From assembly GCF_028368995.1 (NCBI RefSeq), contig NZ_JAQNDL010000001.1:1248001-1312000 (forward strand): a DNA stretch of 64,000 nucleotides, read 5' to 3'. Every line of letters starts with the position of its first letter. Position 1 is the first letter of the stretch. The translations under genes were made by a program, and so were the position numbers. A model generated the notes under the pieces. That model searched no databases. It was not told the origin of the DNA and saw only the letters and a list, made by a program, of their open reading frames with translations. The stretch is from Nannocystis bainbridge (GTDB taxonomy: Bacteria > Myxococcota_A > Polyangia > Nannocystales > Nannocystaceae). This document shows positions 60,705 through 64,000 of the stretch, piece after piece.

Positions 60705-61820
60705 TCAACCCCCGGCCGGCTCGGCCTTCGCGGGCTCGGCCGCGGCTTTGCCAGCATTCTCGCGCTTCGCCGGCTCCTTCGCCTCGCCGGTCGCCGGCGT
60801 CGCCTCGCCGGCCGGCTGCTGGTTGATCGTCGGCGTCTCCGGGAACGGCTTGCCGTCGGTGCGCACCGCCACCTCCTTGCCGTCGGGGCCCGGCACCAGC
60901 TTGGCGAACTGATACGCCAGCGTCGTGTGCGTCACGTACGTGCTGGCCTTGTCGGTCTGGGTCGTGAACTCCTCGCGCAGCAGGTGCGGCTCGCCCGAGT
61001 CGACGAAGAACAGCAGCGTCCCGCGGACCACGCCTTCGAGCGGCGTCTTGGCGCCCGGCGACGTGTACTCGCCGATGTACGCCACCTCCGCGCGCAGGCC
61101 CGTGTCCGGGTCCCGCTCGAGCTTCTTCAGCTCCCACAGCACGTCGCGGGTGTCGATCACCCCGCCGGTGCGCATCTGGCACTTCGAGCGCCACTTGGCC
61201 CCGACCCCGATCGCCTGGTCCGGGAAGCGGATGCAGAACAGCCGGTGGGCGTCGGCCAGCGCCAGCCCCGGCTTGCTCTCGGCTTGCGCCTTGGGGCCGG
61301 TGACCGTCGTCGCCCCCGGGCGATCGCCGGTCGCCAGCACCTTGTGGCTCGTCACCAGCTGCTTGACCGCGTCCTCGTCGGTGGTGAGGAACTTGCCGCC
61401 CGGCGGCTCGGCCTCGAAGTTCACGTAGCGGTGCTCGAGCGTGCACGCGCGGGTGAAGCCCTCGCCCTCGCAGTCCTTGAGGCTCAGCCGCTCCTCGCGG
61501 GCGAACCCGGTCGGCTGCACGAGCGAGCCGAAGCGCACGTTGCCGATCGTCGTCACCCGGTAGTTCGAACCTTCCCGAAGGGCCAGGCGGATCTCCGCCT
61601 GCTCGGACGGCGGCGGCGGGCTCGTCGGCTGGCCTGGATCGGTCGCTCCGGGCGCCGCGGGGCTCTCGGCCCCCACGGGCTTCTGGACCTCCGCCACGGG
61701 CTTTTCGGGCGCCGCGCCGCCCTCTCGCTGTTGCAGGCGCGAAGGGCCTGGATCGCCGCAGGCGGCCACGAAAGCCATGAGAAAGCCGGTCGAGTAGGGG
61801 CGAAGCACGGCGCGGAGCAT
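60705..61820 (-). CDS. Hypothetical lipoprotein
   Basis: Start MLRAVLRP; FVAAC lipobox; the upstream part of the track ORF is antisense to the next gene. Confidence 0.75.
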   Translation of the reverse strand: MLRAVLRPYSTGFLMAFVAACGDPGPSRLQQREGGAAPEKPVAEVQKPVGAESPAAPGATDPGQPTSPPPPSEQAEIRLALREGSNYRVTTIGNVRFGSLVQPTGFAREERLSLKDCEGEGFTRACTLEHRYVNFEAEPPGGKFLTTDEDAVKQLVTSHKVLATGDRPGATTVTGPKAQAESKPGLALADAHRLFCIRFPDQAIGVGAKWRSKCQMRTGGVIDTRDVLWELKKLERDPDTGLRAEVAYIGEYTSPGAKTPLEGVVRGTLLFFVDSGEPHLLREEFTTQTDKASTYVTHTTLAYQFAKLVPGPDGKEVAVRTDGKPFPETPTINQQPAGEATPATGEAKEPAKRENAGKAAAEPAKAEPAGG

Positions 61821-61925
61821 CGCACGCCCGGTCGTGCGTCGCACGGTCGGGCGCCGCATTCGCCGGGTGCGAGATCGCGCCCTGCATGTCACACACCCAC
61901 CCCGGTTTTCGCTATCCTCCGCCGC

Positions 61926-64000
61926 ATGTCGAACCCCCGCTTCGCCCTCCCTCTGAGCACGCTGGTGCTGCTCGTCGCGTGCAATCAAGTCAACTCCGCG
62001 CTCAGCAGGGGAGGCGAAGAGAAGGCCGCCGACAGCAACACCGAGGTCGTGGACGCCAAGGCGCCGCCCGCTCCGGCGGTGGCCGCGCCGCCGGCTCCGA
62101 CCGGGCCGGCGTCGGTCGACGAGCTGCTCGGCCTCGTCCACGACGGCGCGGCCTCGTACGTCATTTTCAAGGCTCCGGACGCGCTCCTCTCGCTGGCCGA
62201 GACCACCGCGAGCACCTTCGAGCAGCCGCTCACCACCCTCGTCGGCGCCACTTCGCCCACCGATCTTTCGCGGCTGACCGAGAGCTTCGCCCTTTTCAAG
62301 CACGGCGTCGCCGACGCCAAGGAGGCGCTCGCCAAGTCCGGCACCGACCTCGCGCGCGGCATCGTCGTCACCAGCACCTCGCTGAGCGACGACGACACCG
62401 TCATCACCTTCTCCGCCAGCAGCGGCGAGGCCGCCAAGGGCCTGCTCGCCGCCCTGAAGATCCCCGACGCCGCCACCATCGAGTGTCAGCCGACCGCCGC
62501 TCGCCCCGGCTACGTCACCTGCGCCAAGGACCAGGCCACCCTCGCCACCTACAAGCCCGGCGACGGCAAGGCCGCGCGCACCCGCCTGGGCGCCGCCCTG
62601 CCCGCGGTGGCGCTCGATGACCTGGCCCTGTTCGGCTACGTCACCGACGGCGACGTCCACTTCGGCCTCGACAAGCCGGCCGGCGGCGCGACCTTCCACC
62701 TCAGCGCCCCGCCGGACGCCCGCGAGCTCGTCACCACCCTCGCCCCCGGCCCCGCCGACCTCTTGAAGTTCGCCCCCGCCGGCACCGGCTTCATGTGGAT
62801 GAAGCTCGACCTCGACGAGCTCAAGAAGAAGGGCATGAACGACATCCCCCCGCCGTTCAGCGCCACCGTCAGCGCCTTTACCGGCGAGGTCCTGTTCGGC
62901 GGCAGCGCCGACCCGGCGGCCCTGCAGGCCCGCTTCGGCTTCAGCGACACCAGCACCCTGGCCCCGCTGGCCGACCTCGCGGTCGCGTTCGGCGGCCCGG
63001 CGATCCACAACAAGCCGATCCCCGACGTCCCCGGCAGCAAGGTCTCCTTCAAGGCCGAGAACGTCGAAGTCGGGGCCGTCAAGGTCAAGGCCCTGCACTT
63101 CGGCGCCAGCGGCGTCCCGCAGGCCAAGACCCTGGCCGACCAGCTCGGCCTGTCGCTCGACGCCTGGGTGTTCCCGGCCGAGGGCACCCTCGCCGCGGTC
63201 GTCGGCGCCGACGCCAGCAAGGTCGGCCTGATCAAGGCCGCCGCCAGCAGCGACGCCACCATCGCCGCCCTGCCGCCCGCCCTGGCCGCCTCCCTGCGCG
63301 CCGGCGAGGTCGGCTTCGTCGGCCACGTCCCGCTCGACGGCCTGCAGAGCCCCGCTCTGCTCAAGCTCCTCGACAGCGCCCTCGCCACCGTCCCCGGCTA
63401 CTCCTCCGCGAACGCCCGCTCGGCCCTGGGCGTGGTCGCCTCGCTGTCGAGCACCACCGTGTGGATCAGCGAGCACGCCAACACCGGCGTGATCCACTTC
63501 GCCCTGCAGTCGATCGGCAACACCACCGACGACGAGGGCAAGGAAGCCCTCGCCGCGGCCGCCAGCGCCGACCCCGTCAAGGCCTTCGCCGACCTCGCCA
63601 CCAAGTACCCGAGCTCGCCGCGGCTCGCCGCCTACCAGACCCGCGCTGGCCAGGGTGGCGCCGGCGCGCTGGTCGGCGGCTCGGCCCCGGCCCTGCTGCT
63701 CGCCGCCGGTGGCATGGCCGCCTTCTTCCGCTCGTCCGTCGACGCCCCGCCGCCGCCGGTGGTGGTCGAGGCCCCGGTGGCCGAGCCCCCGAAGCCCGAG
63801 AAGACCGAGCCGGCCAAGACCGAGACTCCGAAGACCGAGACTCCGAAGACCGAGACTCCGAAGACCGAGACTCCGAAGACCGAGACTCCGAAGACCGAGA
63901 CCCCGAAGACCGAGACCCCGAAGACCGAGACTCCGAAGACCGAGACTCCGAAGACCGAGACCCCGAAGACCGGCGGGATCAAGATCGACACCACGAAGGT
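61926..64000 (+). CDS. Large lipoprotein with C-terminal KTETP repeats (partial)
   Basis: MSNPRFALPLSTLVLLVAC lipobox; same frame as the KTETP repeats; runs off window. Confidence 0.8.
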   Translation, partial: MSNPRFALPLSTLVLLVACNQVNSALSRGGEEKAADSNTEVVDAKAPPAPAVAAPPAPTGPASVDELLGLVHDGAASYVIFKAPDALLSLAETTASTFEQPLTTLVGATSPTDLSRLTESFALFKHGVADAKEALAKSGTDLARGIVVTSTSLSDDDTVITFSASSGEAAKGLLAALKIPDAATIECQPTAARPGYVTCAKDQATLATYKPGDGKAARTRLGAALPAVALDDLALFGYVTDGDVHFGLDKPAGGATFHLSAPPDARELVTTLAPGPADLLKFAPAGTGFMWMKLDLDELKKKGMNDIPPPFSATVSAFTGEVLFGGSADPAALQARFGFSDTSTLAPLADLAVAFGGPAIHNKPIPDVPGSKVSFKAENVEVGAVKVKALHFGASGVPQAKTLADQLGLSLDAWVFPAEGTLAAVVGADASKVGLIKAAASSDATIAALPPALAASLRAGEVGFVGHVPLDGLQSPALLKLLDSALATVPGYSSANARSALGVVASLSSTTVWISEHANTGVIHFALQSIGNTTDDEGKEALAAAASADPVKAFADLATKYPSSPRLAAYQTRAGQGGAGALVGGSAPALLLAAGGMAAFFRSSVDAPPPPVVVEAPVAEPPKPEKTEPAKTETPKTETPKTETPKTETPKTETPKTETPKTETPKTETPKTETPKTETPKTGGIKIDTTK
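63816..63971 (+). repeat. 15-bp coding tandem repeat (KTETP) x10
   Basis: AAGACCGAGAC(T/C)CCG units. Confidence 0.92.

Noticed and set aside
61821-63497. N-terminal part of the 930-aa minus-strand ORF
   Set aside because: Antisense to the plus-strand lipoprotein starting at 61926; the real minus gene starts at 61820
63816-63971. KTETP, TDAST and PGAKDSPPA repeats as contingency loci
   Set aside because: Unit lengths are multiples of three in linker regions, so copy changes would not shift the frame

Overview
GC-rich myxobacterial DNA, most likely Nannocystis-like. This is inferred from a MYXO-CTERM tail, eukaryote-like Ser/Thr kinases, sigma54 regulators and many lipoproteins with Thr/Ser/Gly-rich tethers. 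No rRNA, tRNA or CRISPR array was seen. Bases ~1-31050 look like a decaying genomic island. It holds IS21, IS91-like, IS3, IS66 and IS630 remnants, integrase fragments, SUKH and Imm51 immunity-type genes, an HTH/ECF-sigma/kinase module, a candidate bacteriocin-immunity pair, a hybrid histidine kinase, an aconitase and short duplicated gene fragments. It ends at an att-like junction inside a 5'-truncated GH44 gene. The best candidate for a new system is 32228-41701: a lectin-aerolysin-lectin pore-forming toxin with a consensus sigma54 promoter, a divergent sigma54 activator plus a 1472-aa receptor Ser/Thr kinase, and a secreted sphingomyelinase D-like enzyme. The right part carries mostly lipoproteins and enzymes (CpdB, GH45, ferritin-like, Sel1, SMI1-ankyrin, rhodanese). 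A dispersed intergenic array of 14-bp phased TGTC-N6-GACA palindromes occurs at five loci. All family assignments come from motif recognition by eye; no database searches were run.
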